Positions 51,016 through 60,983 of a stretch of DNA of 64,000 bases are shown here, one piece after another (position 1 is the stretch's first letter; each line of letters opens with the position of its first letter). Position numbers and translations under genes: made by a program. The notes under the pieces were generated by a model, which ran no database searches, was not told the DNA's origin, and was given only the letters and a program-made list of their open reading frames with translations. Where the stretch lies: contig CAVTLK010000005.1 of NCBI GenBank assembly GCA_963735595.1, positions 544,001 to 608,000 of the forward strand, written 5' to 3'. Source of the stretch: an uncultured delta proteobacterium. Lineage in GTDB: Bacteria; Desulfobacterota; Zymogenia; Zymogenales; Zymogenaceae.

Positions 51016-52653
51016 CTACCGCAGGTCGGTGTATCGCTGCAGTTCCCCGGGTACATACCACTGGTTGAAATTGTAGCTGATGCCGGCGGGCGCCGGCTCT
51101 ATCCCCTTGAAGCGGGCCTGGATGGCCGGCAGCGCGTAGGGGACGTACAAAAAGACGTAGGGAGCCTCGTCGGCCAATATCTCCTGCATGCGGTCGTAAT
51201 ACTCTTTCCGCTCATCCCTGTCGAGCGTCCGCCTGCCCTCTTCGAGGAGTCGGTCCACCTCTGGGCTGGCAAACGAGATGTGGTTGAGCTCGTTGGGGCC
51301 GATCTTCGAGGAGTGCCAGACGTCGAAGAGATCGGGGTCCTGCAGGATATTCCAGGCCAATATTACCGCCTCAAAGTCCTTCGGCTCGATAAACTCCGAG
51401 AGGAAGGCCGCCCACTCCACGATTCTGATGTTTACCTTTATCCCCACGTTCTTGAGCTTGTTCTGGATGAGCTCGGCGGATTTGGCGCGCAGCTCGTTGC
51501 CCTGGTTGGTGACGATGGTAAACGAAAACGGAACGCCGTCTTTGTCGAGGATGCCGTCGCCGTCGGTATCTTTCCAGCCGGCATCGGCAAGGAGGTCCTT
51601 TGCCTTTTCGGGGTCATAGTCGTAGCGCTGGACACCCGCGTTATACTGCCAGGTGCCGGGCTTATACGGCCCCGTGGCGATCTCGCCAAGGCCCAGGAGG
51701 ACGATATCAATGATTTCCTGTTTGTCGATCGCGTACGATATGGCCCGGCGCACCCGTTTGTCGGCGAACTTCGGGTCCTTCAGGTTAAAGCCGAGGTACG
51801 TGTAGCCGTCGGCGAGGTATTTATAGGTCACGAAATTCTGCTTGAACGACACGTCGTCGGTCTGGTGCTTATACTGGATGGGGGAAAGTCCCATCCAGTC
51901 CACCCCGCCCGATTTCAGTTCGAGGAACATCGTTGCGGTGTCTGGGATGATGCGGTAGATGACCTGGTCTATGTAGGGCCTGCCCTCAAAATAGTCATGA
52001 TACGAGCCCAGGACGATCTTTTCTCCGGTGGACCATTCCTTGAAGCGGTAGGGGCCGAGGCCGACGGGGTTTCTGCCCAGCTCCGAGGTGGTGATGTCTT
52101 TACCTTCGAGCAGGTGTTTCGGCATAATCCAGATACCCCAGCTTATCAGTGCCGGGGCAAACGGCTCATTGTACGTCACGATAAAAGTGTAGGGGTCCGG
52201 GTTTTTCGCCTCCCTGACCAGCAGGAAGTCGGCGGCATAGGCCGTCGGCGTGTTCGGGTCGATCATCAGCTCGTAGGTGAACATCACGTCGTCGCTCGTA
52301 AAGGGGACGCCGTCCTGCCACTTCACGTCCTTTCTGAGGTGAAAGGTGAAGGTGAGGTTATCTTTGGAGACCTCCCACGACTCGGCCAGGTCGCCCACGA
52401 TGGTATAGTCCTTGTCGTATTTCACCAGCCCATTATAGATAAAGCCGGCCACCTCGTGCGACGAGCTGTCCGACGAGATGATCGGGATCAGGTTGCTGGC
52501 GTCGCCGATTGACCCAATGATGATGGCGTCTCCATAGGCCGGGCCCGTGTCCGTCGATCCGTTTCCGATTGGCGAGTCGTTCTTGCAGGAGGGCACAAAC
52601 AGGATGAAGAGGGAAAGGACGGCGGCGAGCGCGGGACCGATCGGCTTTCTCAT
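51016..52653 (-). CDS. oppA: Peptide ABC transporter substrate-binding lipoprotein
   Basis: Lipobox-like VPSC; LAESWEVS.D.LT.TFHLR.DVKW.DG and GPY motifs. Confidence 0.9.
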   Translation of the reverse strand: MRKPIGPALAAVLSLFILFVPSCKNDSPIGNGSTDTGPAYGDAIIIGSIGDASNLIPIISSDSSSHEVAGFIYNGLVKYDKDYTIVGDLAESWEVSKDNLTFTFHLRKDVKWQDGVPFTSDDVMFTYELMIDPNTPTAYAADFLLVREAKNPDPYTFIVTYNEPFAPALISWGIWIMPKHLLEGKDITTSELGRNPVGLGPYRFKEWSTGEKIVLGSYHDYFEGRPYIDQVIYRIIPDTATMFLELKSGGVDWMGLSPIQYKHQTDDVSFKQNFVTYKYLADGYTYLGFNLKDPKFADKRVRRAISYAIDKQEIIDIVLLGLGEIATGPYKPGTWQYNAGVQRYDYDPEKAKDLLADAGWKDTDGDGILDKDGVPFSFTIVTNQGNELRAKSAELIQNKLKNVGIKVNIRIVEWAAFLSEFIEPKDFEAVILAWNILQDPDLFDVWHSSKIGPNELNHISFASPEVDRLLEEGRRTLDRDERKEYYDRMQEILADEAPYVFLYVPYALPAIQARFKGIEPAPAGISYNFNQWYVPGELQRYTDLR

Positions 52654-52855
52654 GGGAAATCTCCACGAATCTGAAATAAATTAATCATATCGTGATAGTG
52701 GCCTCGGGTCAAGGAATTAATCCCCGGGTCGTCGGCCGTGGCGGCGGGAGGCCCCCTTCCCCGCGCAGACCGGCGGACCGTTTTTTGCGGGGATATTTTT
52801 TGTTGCCCGGCCGTCTTTGGGGTACGCTGTTTTTATCTATCCACTAAAGGAGTAC

Positions 52856-53167
52856 ATGAACATGATAAGCGAAAGCAACGCGGCCGCGGTGATGGAAAAG
52901 GCCGTCTCGCGGATCGAGGAGATCTTTCGGGCCGCCCTGCGGATCGAGGATGCCGTAAACAGGATGGCGGGGGAAGGGAAGGCCCCGGCCGGTACGGCGG
53001 CCGCCGCCGGCGCGCTGGAGGGCCTTTCACGGGAGATCATGGAAATCAGGAACCTTCAGAATGAGAATACAATGGCGCTGCGCGCTGTCCGCGAAGACGT
53101 CGAAAAACTCCTCGCGTTACGCTCCGGCGGCTTCACCGATATGCTCGGGCCGGACGGCCTGCGGTGA
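52856..53167 (+). CDS. Hypothetical coiled-coil protein
   Basis: AAGGAG RBS before ATG 52856; helical composition. Confidence 0.55.
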   Translation: MNMISESNAAAVMEKAVSRIEEIFRAALRIEDAVNRMAGEGKAPAGTAAAAGALEGLSREIMEIRNLQNENTMALRAVREDVEKLLALRSGGFTDMLGPDGLR

Positions 53168-53311
53168 GGGCGGCCGTTTCTCCCGGTCGCGGTATTTCTT
53201 AATGCTCCGCGCAGCGCCGCCGATTGTGCCGTGCGGGTGATCCCACAAAAGGACGATCGCAAAACAGGGGGGTATCGCCCCCCTATTTTTTTGGGCCATC
53301 AATACGCCTGG

Positions 53312-53851
53312 CTATTTCTTTGAACCTTCGAATACGCACGACTCGTCGCCCCTTGCGACGCATGCGGTCTCGATAATCTGCATTTCCTTAAAGCCCGCCG
53401 CGTGGAACATGGCCTCGAGCGCGCCGGCCTGAAAATCGCACACGGTGACGGTCGTCTTTTCCTTGAAACCGAGCACGAACGGAGAGTAGTGGAGGACAGT
53501 GCGGAATACCCCGTTCGCGCCGTCTATTTTTTCTATTACGTTGAAACCCCACCCCCGCTTTCCCGCCGTATCGGCGTAGAACTTCACGAGGTCGTCGCCG
53601 GTCAGTTTAAGGAGATCGATCATGATCTTGGACATCGACATGCCGATATCGTATCCGGCCCTGCGCATGAAGACCTTGGCGAGGTTGATGCCGCCGAGGT
53701 CGGCGGCGGAGCGCATCATGTTGCCGAAGGTCCCCTGGGGAGTGATGACGATCCGGTTGCCGAGCATGGTAAACATGCCGCCTTCGTCAACGGTGATGGA
53801 TTGTTTGATCTGTTCGAGGGTTTCCTCGGGGTTAGGGGGTCTGTAAGCCAT
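53312..53851 (-). CDS. V4R (4VR) domain protein
   Basis: GWG, C....G and ET.C.A.GD..C.F motifs. Confidence 0.85.
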   Translation of the reverse strand: MAYRPPNPEETLEQIKQSITVDEGGMFTMLGNRIVITPQGTFGNMMRSAADLGGINLAKVFMRRAGYDIGMSMSKIMIDLLKLTGDDLVKFYADTAGKRGWGFNVIEKIDGANGVFRTVLHYSPFVLGFKEKTTVTVCDFQAGALEAMFHAAGFKEMQIIETACVARGDESCVFEGSKK

Positions 53852-54154
53852 AGCAGTCTCCTTTTCCGTCAGTATATAGATGTATTAGGGATTCTGTCAT
53901 GTAGTCTCAGTCTAAATACTTGTATTCCATCTATTAGTTAAATGCAATAAAAAACATGATAGAATATTCATATGCATACCTATGTGAAGCATTCGTACAC
54001 ATATTTTTAACGTCTTAGAAAGGCTCTCCCGCCGCGGGCTCGATACGGACGATCCTCATTATGCGTAGTGAAACAGTCCCGACAATCTCCTTGACCGGCG
54101 TTGCCCGGATACTCTATAATCAATAAATCCATACCCATGCCGGACGGGCAATCC

Positions 54155-55216
54155 ATGAAGATCCTCCATACGGCCGACCTCCACCTGCGCTCCGAGAACG
54201 ATGAGCGGTGGGCGGCGCTGACGGCAGTCGTAGAAATCGGAAAAAAGCAGAAGGTCGACGTCCTGGTCATCGCGGGCGACCTCTTCGACAGCGCTTCAGC
54301 CGCCGGGAGGCTCTACGATAAGCTCCGCCCCGTCTTCTCCAACGCCGGTTTTCCCACCCTGATACTCCCCGGCAACCACGACCACGATTCCTACCCCACG
54401 GGGATATTTCTCGGCGAAGGGGTCAGCGTCCTCTCGTCCCTGAGGGACCCCGTCGAGATCAGGGGCGTACGGTTCTGGGGACTTCCCTTCGTGCCCCGGG
54501 AGCAGCACGGCGTGCTCGCGCTCCTCCACTCGATCAGAGAGCTGGTTACCCCCGAAAAGGCCAATATACTCCTTTACCACGGCGAGCTGACAGACAAGAT
54601 CTTCGATCGTTCCGACCTGGGAGACGAGGGGGCCGAGCGCTATATGCCGGCACGGTTGTCCCATTTCGCGGATTTCGATTTTGCCTATGTATTGTCGGGC
54701 CACTTTCACACCTCCTTTGACATCTTTCGGTTCGGGGACGGCGGCTACTTCGTCTATCCCGGATCGCCCGTATCAGTCACCAAAAGAGAGACCGGGCAGC
54801 GCGCCGTAAACCTGTTTGAAATCGGCAAGACGCCCGCCCGGTTGGAACTGGACACCGCGCATTTCGTGTGGGCGGAGATCGCCTGCAGCCCCTTCTCGGA
54901 CGAGGACCCGGTTTCAGCGGTCAAGCAATGGATCGGCCGGCTCAACCCGAACGCGGCGCCGCTCCTTTCCGTAACGGGACTCATCGACGGCGCGCGGCTG
55001 GGGACCGACGAGACGAAGCTCATTACCGAGATCAGGAAGGCCGCGGGAAAACGGGCCGAAATAGACTACCGTGTCAAGGATATCTCCACGATCCTGGCCG
55101 ACGATCTCTTTGCCGCCTTCAGGGAGCGGCTCGCGACGGCGCCGGATCTTGACGAGGAGGGGAGGGAGCGCATCACGAGGATGGTCATCGGGGCCATGAT
55201 GGAGGCCGGCCGGTGA
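54155..55216 (+). CDS. SbcD/Mre11-like metallophosphoesterase
   Basis: HTADLHL, AGDLFD, PGNHD, GHFH and YPGSP motifs. Confidence 0.9.
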   Translation: MKILHTADLHLRSENDERWAALTAVVEIGKKQKVDVLVIAGDLFDSASAAGRLYDKLRPVFSNAGFPTLILPGNHDHDSYPTGIFLGEGVSVLSSLRDPVEIRGVRFWGLPFVPREQHGVLALLHSIRELVTPEKANILLYHGELTDKIFDRSDLGDEGAERYMPARLSHFADFDFAYVLSGHFHTSFDIFRFGDGGYFVYPGSPVSVTKRETGQRAVNLFEIGKTPARLELDTAHFVWAEIACSPFSDEDPVSAVKQWIGRLNPNAAPLLSVTGLIDGARLGTDETKLITEIRKAAGKRAEIDYRVKDISTILADDLFAAFRERLATAPDLDEEGRERITRMVIGAMMEAGR

Positions 55217-57534
55217 AGATTTCCGAATTCCACGTGATTCGCTACGGCCCGGTTCACTATAAAGATCCTTTCGCGCCGTCGGACTTCACCCTCTTCTGGG
55301 GGAAGAACGAGCGGGGCAAGACCCTGACGATAGACGCGCTGGTCAAGCTCCTCCTGGGCAAAGAGGCAAAACGGTTCGACAGGATCGAGCGGGTGGACGG
55401 GCAGCCCTCCGGCCACGTGGTTGTAACCATCGGCGGCAAGCCGGTGAAGCTCGCGGCTAAAGAGACCCTGACCGACGTCTGTGACCTTTCCGAGGCCGAG
55501 TGCCGCAACGTCTTTATTGTCAGGGCCAGTGACCTTTCCATCGGCAGGGACGAAAAGGAGCCGGAGGCCGATTTTTACGCCGCCGTTACCGACCGGCTGA
55601 CCGGCCTTAAGACCGAACAGATCACCAAGATAAAGAAGGCCCTCAGGAATGCGGGTAAGCTTACCCCCAAGGGCGACGACATCCGCGATACCCAGGCCGA
55701 GCCCGTAAAGAAGCGCCTGAATAGTGCGAAGAAACTCATCGAGACAATAGCCGCCATTGAGGACCAAATCGAACGGGAGCATTTCGACGAAATGGAGGAA
55801 ATGCTCATAGCCCGCCGTGACGAGAGGCAGATCATCGAGCGGGAGATAGAGGGCTACGAGTCGGCGCGAAAGCGGGAGCTCTACGAAAAGGGCAGGGCGG
55901 CCTACGAGCAGCTGGCTGCTTCCCTCATGAAACTGGCCGAGCTTGAAAAGGTTACCGAGGAAGACGAACGGGCATGGAGCGACGCCGACCGGGACCTTGC
56001 GCGGCTCATCGAGTCACGGGGCCGGACTGCCGACGCCCTGGAGACTCTCAAAAAGCGGCGGGACGATCTCGGCCAGCACATGACGGCCAGGCAGCGGGAC
56101 CTGGCCCTGCTCTCCGATCGGAAGAAGCGGTTGGACGACGAACTTGTGCCCGAGCTGAAGAACTACGAGATCAAGAGCGGAGACGCCGCCCGCAGGTCGG
56201 GCAGCCGGCGGTTTTACACCGTCTGGGCGTTGTCTTCGGCCGCCGTCCTGAGCGGCTGCCTGTTTGGGTTGGCCGCACGTCCGTCACCCGGCTGGTACGT
56301 TCCGGCGGCCCTGTCGGGCGTGTCGCTCCTGGTTGCGCTCGCGTATCTCTTCTTTTCCGTCAGGCAGGAGGCGTGGCTTTCGGGCATGTACCGGCGCATC
56401 GCGGTCGCCGCCTCCAAATATAAGCTCGCCGCGCCGACCATCGACGGGGTATTCGCGAAGATCCAGGAATTTTCAGACGGGTACCGGAGTGCCGAGGCAG
56501 AGCTGAACCGCCTGTCGGCCACGCGTGATGCCTGCGACGACGAGATCGCCAAAACGACCGGGCGTGAGCTTCCCGAGATAGAACGGAAAATCGCCGACGC
56601 GCAGCGCGTTATTGAGACGATCAGTATCAAGACGGGGTTTGAAAACCCCGCCGACCTGCGGAAGGCGCTCCGCGGCAAGAGAGAATACGAGGAGAACAGG
56701 GGGAGGCAGGCCGCGCTGCTCAGGAGCCTTTTCGGAGACCAGAACCTATCGTTGAAACAGTACCTGCCGTTCTGGAAAAGCGGTATTGAGGCCCTATCAG
56801 TCTTCGCGGACGCCAGGACCGATCTTGTGTATGATGACGCGGCCGTGTCGTCGCTCAAGGCAAAACGGGCCCAGGCCGAGGCCGCCGTCGACAGTATGAA
56901 CGCCACCCTCTCACAGATGAGGCGGGAGCTTTCCGCCGTCGGGCGGGACGCAGACGGTATCTTCGGGGAGATAACCGGCCCCACCCCGATCGAGACATCG
57001 GCCGATCTTATAATGACCAGGCAACGGCTTGGGTCCCTGATCGCGGGCATCGAGGCCGACCGGGACGATGCCCAGGCGGCGCTGGCCGTTTTCGACAGCA
57101 TCGAGGCCGAGGAACGCCGGCAGGTCTCGCAGCTTTTCGGTGAGGAGAGCCCCGTATCGGACTACTTTTCGACGATTACCGGCGGGCTCTATGCCGCCGT
57201 CCTGTTTAATCCCGCCGACGGCCTCATCAGCGTCGAGAACCGCGACGGGGCCGTGCTTACCGCCGACAAGCTCTCCTCCGGCGCCTACGACCAGCTCTAC
57301 CTGGCGGTTCGCCTGGCGCTGGGCCGTCGTATCGCCCCGGACGGCGCGGGCTTTTTCATCATGGACGACCCCTTTATCCGCTCCGACCCCGACCGGCTTG
57401 CGCTGCAGATGCGGATGCTGGCCGATATCGTCCGGGAGGGGTGGCAAGTCCTCTACTTCTCCTCCAAGGGCGAGGTCAGGCAGGCCCTGGAAAAGGAGAT
57501 CAAAAAAGACGCCGTGACGCTCATCGACCTCTGA
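55213..57534 (+). CDS. SbcC/YhaN-like coiled-coil ATPase with central TM helices
   Basis: GKNERGKT Walker A, LSSGAYDQLYLA.RLA signature and MDDPF. Confidence 0.88.
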   Translation: MKISEFHVIRYGPVHYKDPFAPSDFTLFWGKNERGKTLTIDALVKLLLGKEAKRFDRIERVDGQPSGHVVVTIGGKPVKLAAKETLTDVCDLSEAECRNVFIVRASDLSIGRDEKEPEADFYAAVTDRLTGLKTEQITKIKKALRNAGKLTPKGDDIRDTQAEPVKKRLNSAKKLIETIAAIEDQIEREHFDEMEEMLIARRDERQIIEREIEGYESARKRELYEKGRAAYEQLAASLMKLAELEKVTEEDERAWSDADRDLARLIESRGRTADALETLKKRRDDLGQHMTARQRDLALLSDRKKRLDDELVPELKNYEIKSGDAARRSGSRRFYTVWALSSAAVLSGCLFGLAARPSPGWYVPAALSGVSLLVALAYLFFSVRQEAWLSGMYRRIAVAASKYKLAAPTIDGVFAKIQEFSDGYRSAEAELNRLSATRDACDDEIAKTTGRELPEIERKIADAQRVIETISIKTGFENPADLRKALRGKREYEENRGRQAALLRSLFGDQNLSLKQYLPFWKSGIEALSVFADARTDLVYDDAAVSSLKAKRAQAEAAVDSMNATLSQMRRELSAVGRDADGIFGEITGPTPIETSADLIMTRQRLGSLIAGIEADRDDAQAALAVFDSIEAEERRQVSQLFGEESPVSDYFSTITGGLYAAVLFNPADGLISVENRDGAVLTADKLSSGAYDQLYLAVRLALGRRIAPDGAGFFIMDDPFIRSDPDRLALQMRMLADIVREGWQVLYFSSKGEVRQALEKEIKKDAVTLIDL

Positions 57535-57567
57535 TTGCTTCCGTAGCTCCGGCCGTCCCGCCCCCCC

Positions 57568-58953
57568 TCAATACTGCTCTAGCGCCCGCGCCAGCGGCTT
57601 GACCATCTCAGCCTTTATCATCGTGCCGTATATCTTTTTCCGCATCGGCGGTATACGCGCTAGCAGTGTCAAAAAGAAATTGATCCTCCGAAACTTTTTG
57701 TCCGCCTTCTGGGGAAACGCGAAGAGCCCGTGCTCCCGGTAGTACCGGTAGTCGGAGACGAACGGGAACCGGAGCCTCCCCCACACGTCGTCGCGGAAGA
57801 TCTTCCGTCCCGCGACACCCATGAACGTCATCGACCGGACGTACCCCGTCTCGGCGGCGTCCACGAGCCTTCCGGCAAGCCCGGTAATGAGGCCGGAAAG
57901 CCGGGCCGAATCCGCGATCTCGTCCGAGACAATATCCACGAGGCTTGCCCCCTGGGTCTCGAGGTAGCCGCGCAGGGCCTCCGCCAAGGGAGCGTTTGCA
58001 GACAGGGGGCCGGAGACGAGGCAGGCAACCTGCTTTCCTTCGAGAACCGGGATATGGGTCATGAAGAACGAACGGTCGAAGAAGAGCTTGAACCGCGACG
58101 AGAGGTAGCGCCCTTTGACCGACCCGGCAAGCACGAGGATATCTGCCGGGATCACCGTTTTTCGGTAGAATTCGATGAAGCCGTCCTTTCCCGTATAGGC
58201 GCACGTGTTGTCCCATCCGCACCTAATGCAGCCCAGGCACCCGCCGGCGATATCGATATCGTTGAGGTTGACGACCTGGGGCTTCGTAGAAAACGAGCGG
58301 CAGAAGGTGTCGATCATGCCGGCGAGATTAGGCTCGTCTCCGGAAATGTCGGTGATGACGGTGATGCGCTTTGCGCCGGGGTCGACCGCGGCCGCGGGGG
58401 GCGACGGTTTAAATCGGAACGCGGTGGCCGGGACCGGATAAAAAAGGCGGCTCGTCGGGGTCTTCGTTTTAACAGTGCGGAAGAAATCTTCGGCAAAGAG
58501 GATGAGCCGCCGGCGTTCCGCTTCGCTCATGAGATCGTGCATCTCCGGCGAATGATAGCCGACATACGACATTCCGAGGTCTTCCGATACCGCGCGGATA
58601 TAGCTGTGGGCGGTCTGGTCGTAGAAGTGGATCGAGGTGGAGAGGGACGCGGTATATTTGCCGGCGAATGCTCTTCCGGCCTCGCGCTCTCCTATCAGCT
58701 CGATGAACCGCATCAACCCCGCGTGGACGACCAGGTAATAGAGGGGGAACGCCCAGAGGACGGCGTCCGATTTCTTCACGGAGTCTATGACCGCCGAGAA
58801 GGCCGCCGGATCGTTCTCAATCTTCCTGATCTGCTGGGCGACCTGGAAGGTCGTATAGTCATGTTCGGGAAACTTCTTGATGATGTACTTGACATACTGC
58901 ATCGTGACTGACTGGTCGCCCTTGGGACTTCCCGCGAGAATCGTGATCTTCAT
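57568..58953 (-). CDS. Tandem flavodoxin-fold NAD(P)H-dependent oxidoreductase with Fe-S cysteines
   Basis: ILAGSPKG and FPLY; second domain with CLGCIRC. Confidence 0.8.
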   Translation of the reverse strand: MKITILAGSPKGDQSVTMQYVKYIIKKFPEHDYTTFQVAQQIRKIENDPAAFSAVIDSVKKSDAVLWAFPLYYLVVHAGLMRFIELIGEREAGRAFAGKYTASLSTSIHFYDQTAHSYIRAVSEDLGMSYVGYHSPEMHDLMSEAERRRLILFAEDFFRTVKTKTPTSRLFYPVPATAFRFKPSPPAAAVDPGAKRITVITDISGDEPNLAGMIDTFCRSFSTKPQVVNLNDIDIAGGCLGCIRCGWDNTCAYTGKDGFIEFYRKTVIPADILVLAGSVKGRYLSSRFKLFFDRSFFMTHIPVLEGKQVACLVSGPLSANAPLAEALRGYLETQGASLVDIVSDEIADSARLSGLITGLAGRLVDAAETGYVRSMTFMGVAGRKIFRDDVWGRLRFPFVSDYRYYREHGLFAFPQKADKKFRRINFFLTLLARIPPMRKKIYGTMIKAEMVKPLARALEQY

Positions 58954-58987
58954 TTTCTATACCTCACTGTTTATACCGCGTTCTTAT

Positions 58988-59842
58988 TCATATAAACCGG
59001 ACATCGGCCGGTTTCCTGTCCACGGTCGTTACATACTTGAACTGGGGATACCCAAGAGTCAGTGCCGCGAATATTCGGCGTCCCCTTGGAATATCGAGGA
59101 GCTTCTCGACCGTTGTCGGGGCGAATTGGATAAACCCGTTGATGCAGGTCCCCAGTCCCAGTACATGGGCCGAAAGCATTAAATAGTGCTGGGCCGCGAG
59201 GCAGTCGTCCCGGGAGGAGGCGTTGCGTACGGGCGCATGGATTACGACAACGACCGGCGCCGCCCGCAGGACCGGGTTTTCGTTTTTCCGAGCCCGCTCC
59301 AGCAGCTTCCTGAACTTTGCCGCGGCGGTTTTCAACTCGCCGGCCTGGCGGGGCGCCACGAGCGACAGCGCCGATATCACCGCAGGATTCAAAACGACCA
59401 GCAAACGCCGGTAATGGTTCAGTACCGCTTCCTCAATCCGGTGCAGCGTTGTTGGATTCGAGACGACGACGAAGCCCCGGTCCTGTTTGTTCGTGACCGA
59501 GGGCGACATCCGCGCCGAGTTAACGATTCTCTCCAGCGTGTCCCGCTCAACAGGTTTCTTAGAAAAGTGCCTGATAGAGCGTTTGGACGAAAGGAGGTTT
59601 TCCAGTTTGTCGGCGGACACCGGGGCGGCTGAAACCGGCTTAAATGATCCCATGTCCATCCGGTTATGCGTGACGGCGCCGTTAGGACAAACGGCGACAC
59701 AGTGGCCGCAGAAAATGCAGTTTTCAGGATAGATGACCTCGGGTACGGTGCCCCTACTGAAGGTCGTTACGCCGTGCATACAGACTGTCACGCACTGGCC
59801 GCAACGGTGGCACTTGCCGCTGTTGTAGCTAATTACTTCCAT
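58988..59842 (-). CDS. Nitroreductase with an N-terminal 4Fe-4S domain
   Basis: CHRCGQCVTVC, CIFCGHCVAVCP, KRSIRHF, LGLGTC and LGYP motifs. Confidence 0.9.
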   Translation of the reverse strand: MEVISYNSGKCHRCGQCVTVCMHGVTTFSRGTVPEVIYPENCIFCGHCVAVCPNGAVTHNRMDMGSFKPVSAAPVSADKLENLLSSKRSIRHFSKKPVERDTLERIVNSARMSPSVTNKQDRGFVVVSNPTTLHRIEEAVLNHYRRLLVVLNPAVISALSLVAPRQAGELKTAAAKFRKLLERARKNENPVLRAAPVVVVIHAPVRNASSRDDCLAAQHYLMLSAHVLGLGTCINGFIQFAPTTVEKLLDIPRGRRIFAALTLGYPQFKYVTTVDRKPADVRFI

Positions 59843-60407
59843 GGACTTCTCCGTTCTTCTTTCTAGTAAGCCTCTTTTCAGTATCGTCGCACCAGCCGGC
59901 AATCGCTCGCGAAACGGCAATCCCGTACCTCACGGTCGAGAGCCAGAGAGTCAGCGGGCTCTCGTCTCCGGCAGTCTCATATTCGGCCAGTCGCCGCTCG
60001 ATGCGGGTATACCTCTCGAGAAGCTCCTCGCGATAGGAGCGCTCCTGCCTGATCTTTTCGATAATGGAATCCCTCGGGATGAGGTTGCTGAAGAATAGCT
60101 TGAGCAGAAATTCGTTGCGCTTCGGCTCGCCGCCCGGCGGGAGAGTGAGCCATTCGGTCAGCTGGCGTTTCCCCTCATCCGTGATCGAATAAACCTTCCG
60201 GTCGGGTTTACCCTTTCCCCTTGAAACGTCGACGGTTACCAGCCCCTGACTCTCCATGTGCCTCAGGACGGGATAGATGTGGCCGTAATTTTCCTGCCAG
60301 AAGTTGGAGATGGAAGAGTCGGTCATCTTCTTGATGTCGTAGCCGGACATCGGCGCCAGGGACAGGAGGCCGAGAATGGCGTATTTCGTCTTGTTTTCCT
60401 TCGGCAT
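59829..60407 (-). CDS. PadR-family regulator
   Basis: YAILGLL..PMSGYDI....FW....IYP.L and RKVYSIT..G. AAGGAG RBS before ATG 60407. Confidence 0.92.
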   Translation of the reverse strand: MPKENKTKYAILGLLSLAPMSGYDIKKMTDSSISNFWQENYGHIYPVLRHMESQGLVTVDVSRGKGKPDRKVYSITDEGKRQLTEWLTLPPGGEPKRNEFLLKLFFSNLIPRDSIIEKIRQERSYREELLERYTRIERRLAEYETAGDESPLTLWLSTVRYGIAVSRAIAGWCDDTEKRLTRKKNGEVHGSN

Positions 60408-60429
60408 GTCTTTTCTCCTTATAGCAGTA

Positions 60430-60456
60430 TGATATATATCAGAGTGATATATATCA
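60430..60456. promoter_or_regulatory. Putative PadR operator: two tandem palindromes
   Basis: TGATATATATCA-GAG-TGATATATATCA overlapping minus-strand TTGATA-17-TATCAT. Confidence 0.75.
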
Positions 60457-60540
60457 AGAAAAAAGTGACCCACATCCTTTTTTATCGGTGTCTTCGTGCA
60501 CCCCCGGTTCAATTTTCCTGCACGTCCGCAGTAGCAATTC

Positions 60541-60615
60541 ACCACAAAGGCACAAAGACACGAAGGAGGAAGAGAAGACCCTTCCCGTATTCTTTGTGCC
60601 TTTGTGTCTTTGTGG
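60541..60615. repeat. CCACAAAG-type palindromic element with 9-bp subrepeats
   Basis: CCACAAAGGCACAAAGACACGAAG...CTTTGTGCCTTTGTGTCTTTGTGG. Confidence 0.75.
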
Positions 60616-60746
60616 CGGGCCTGTCCGTACGACACGCCGGCCGGAGAATAACACCCGTTGCCGTCGCCGGAATTGGCCTTGCCTTTTCATTACGATGTCT
60701 GGTAGTATAAAAACAGGCGCCAATGTAGCCGCCGGAGGCAGCCGCG

Positions 60747-60943
60747 AGGCTGCTGACAAAGTACGGAATTTTAGAGGGCTGTCATCGCGAGGGCCCAAAG
60801 GGCCCGTGGCGATCTCGGATGCTGATATACATACTAACATGATTACGGGTAGTTACTGCGTCCGGGATTGCCACGGTCGCTATCGCTCCCTCGCAATGAC
60901 AAGAACACCGTTATTTCTGAAAAACGGGTTTGTCAACACTCTG
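60747..60943. mobile_element. Nested MITE-like element
   Basis: Outer ends AGGCTGCTGACAAA / TTTGTCAACACTCT, an inner GTCATCGCGAG...CTCGCAATGAC element (60781-60900), and flanking 16-bp repeats at 60731 and 60950. Confidence 0.6.
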
Positions 60944-60983
60944 GCGGCAGCCGGAGGCAGCCGCGTATTTGAGGAGCTTTCGT

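Noticed and set aside
54155..57534. Nuclease + SMC-like ATPase pair as a novel defence system
   Set aside because: Matches the common SbcD/YhaO plus SbcC/YhaN arrangement, with host-like GC and no defence-island context.
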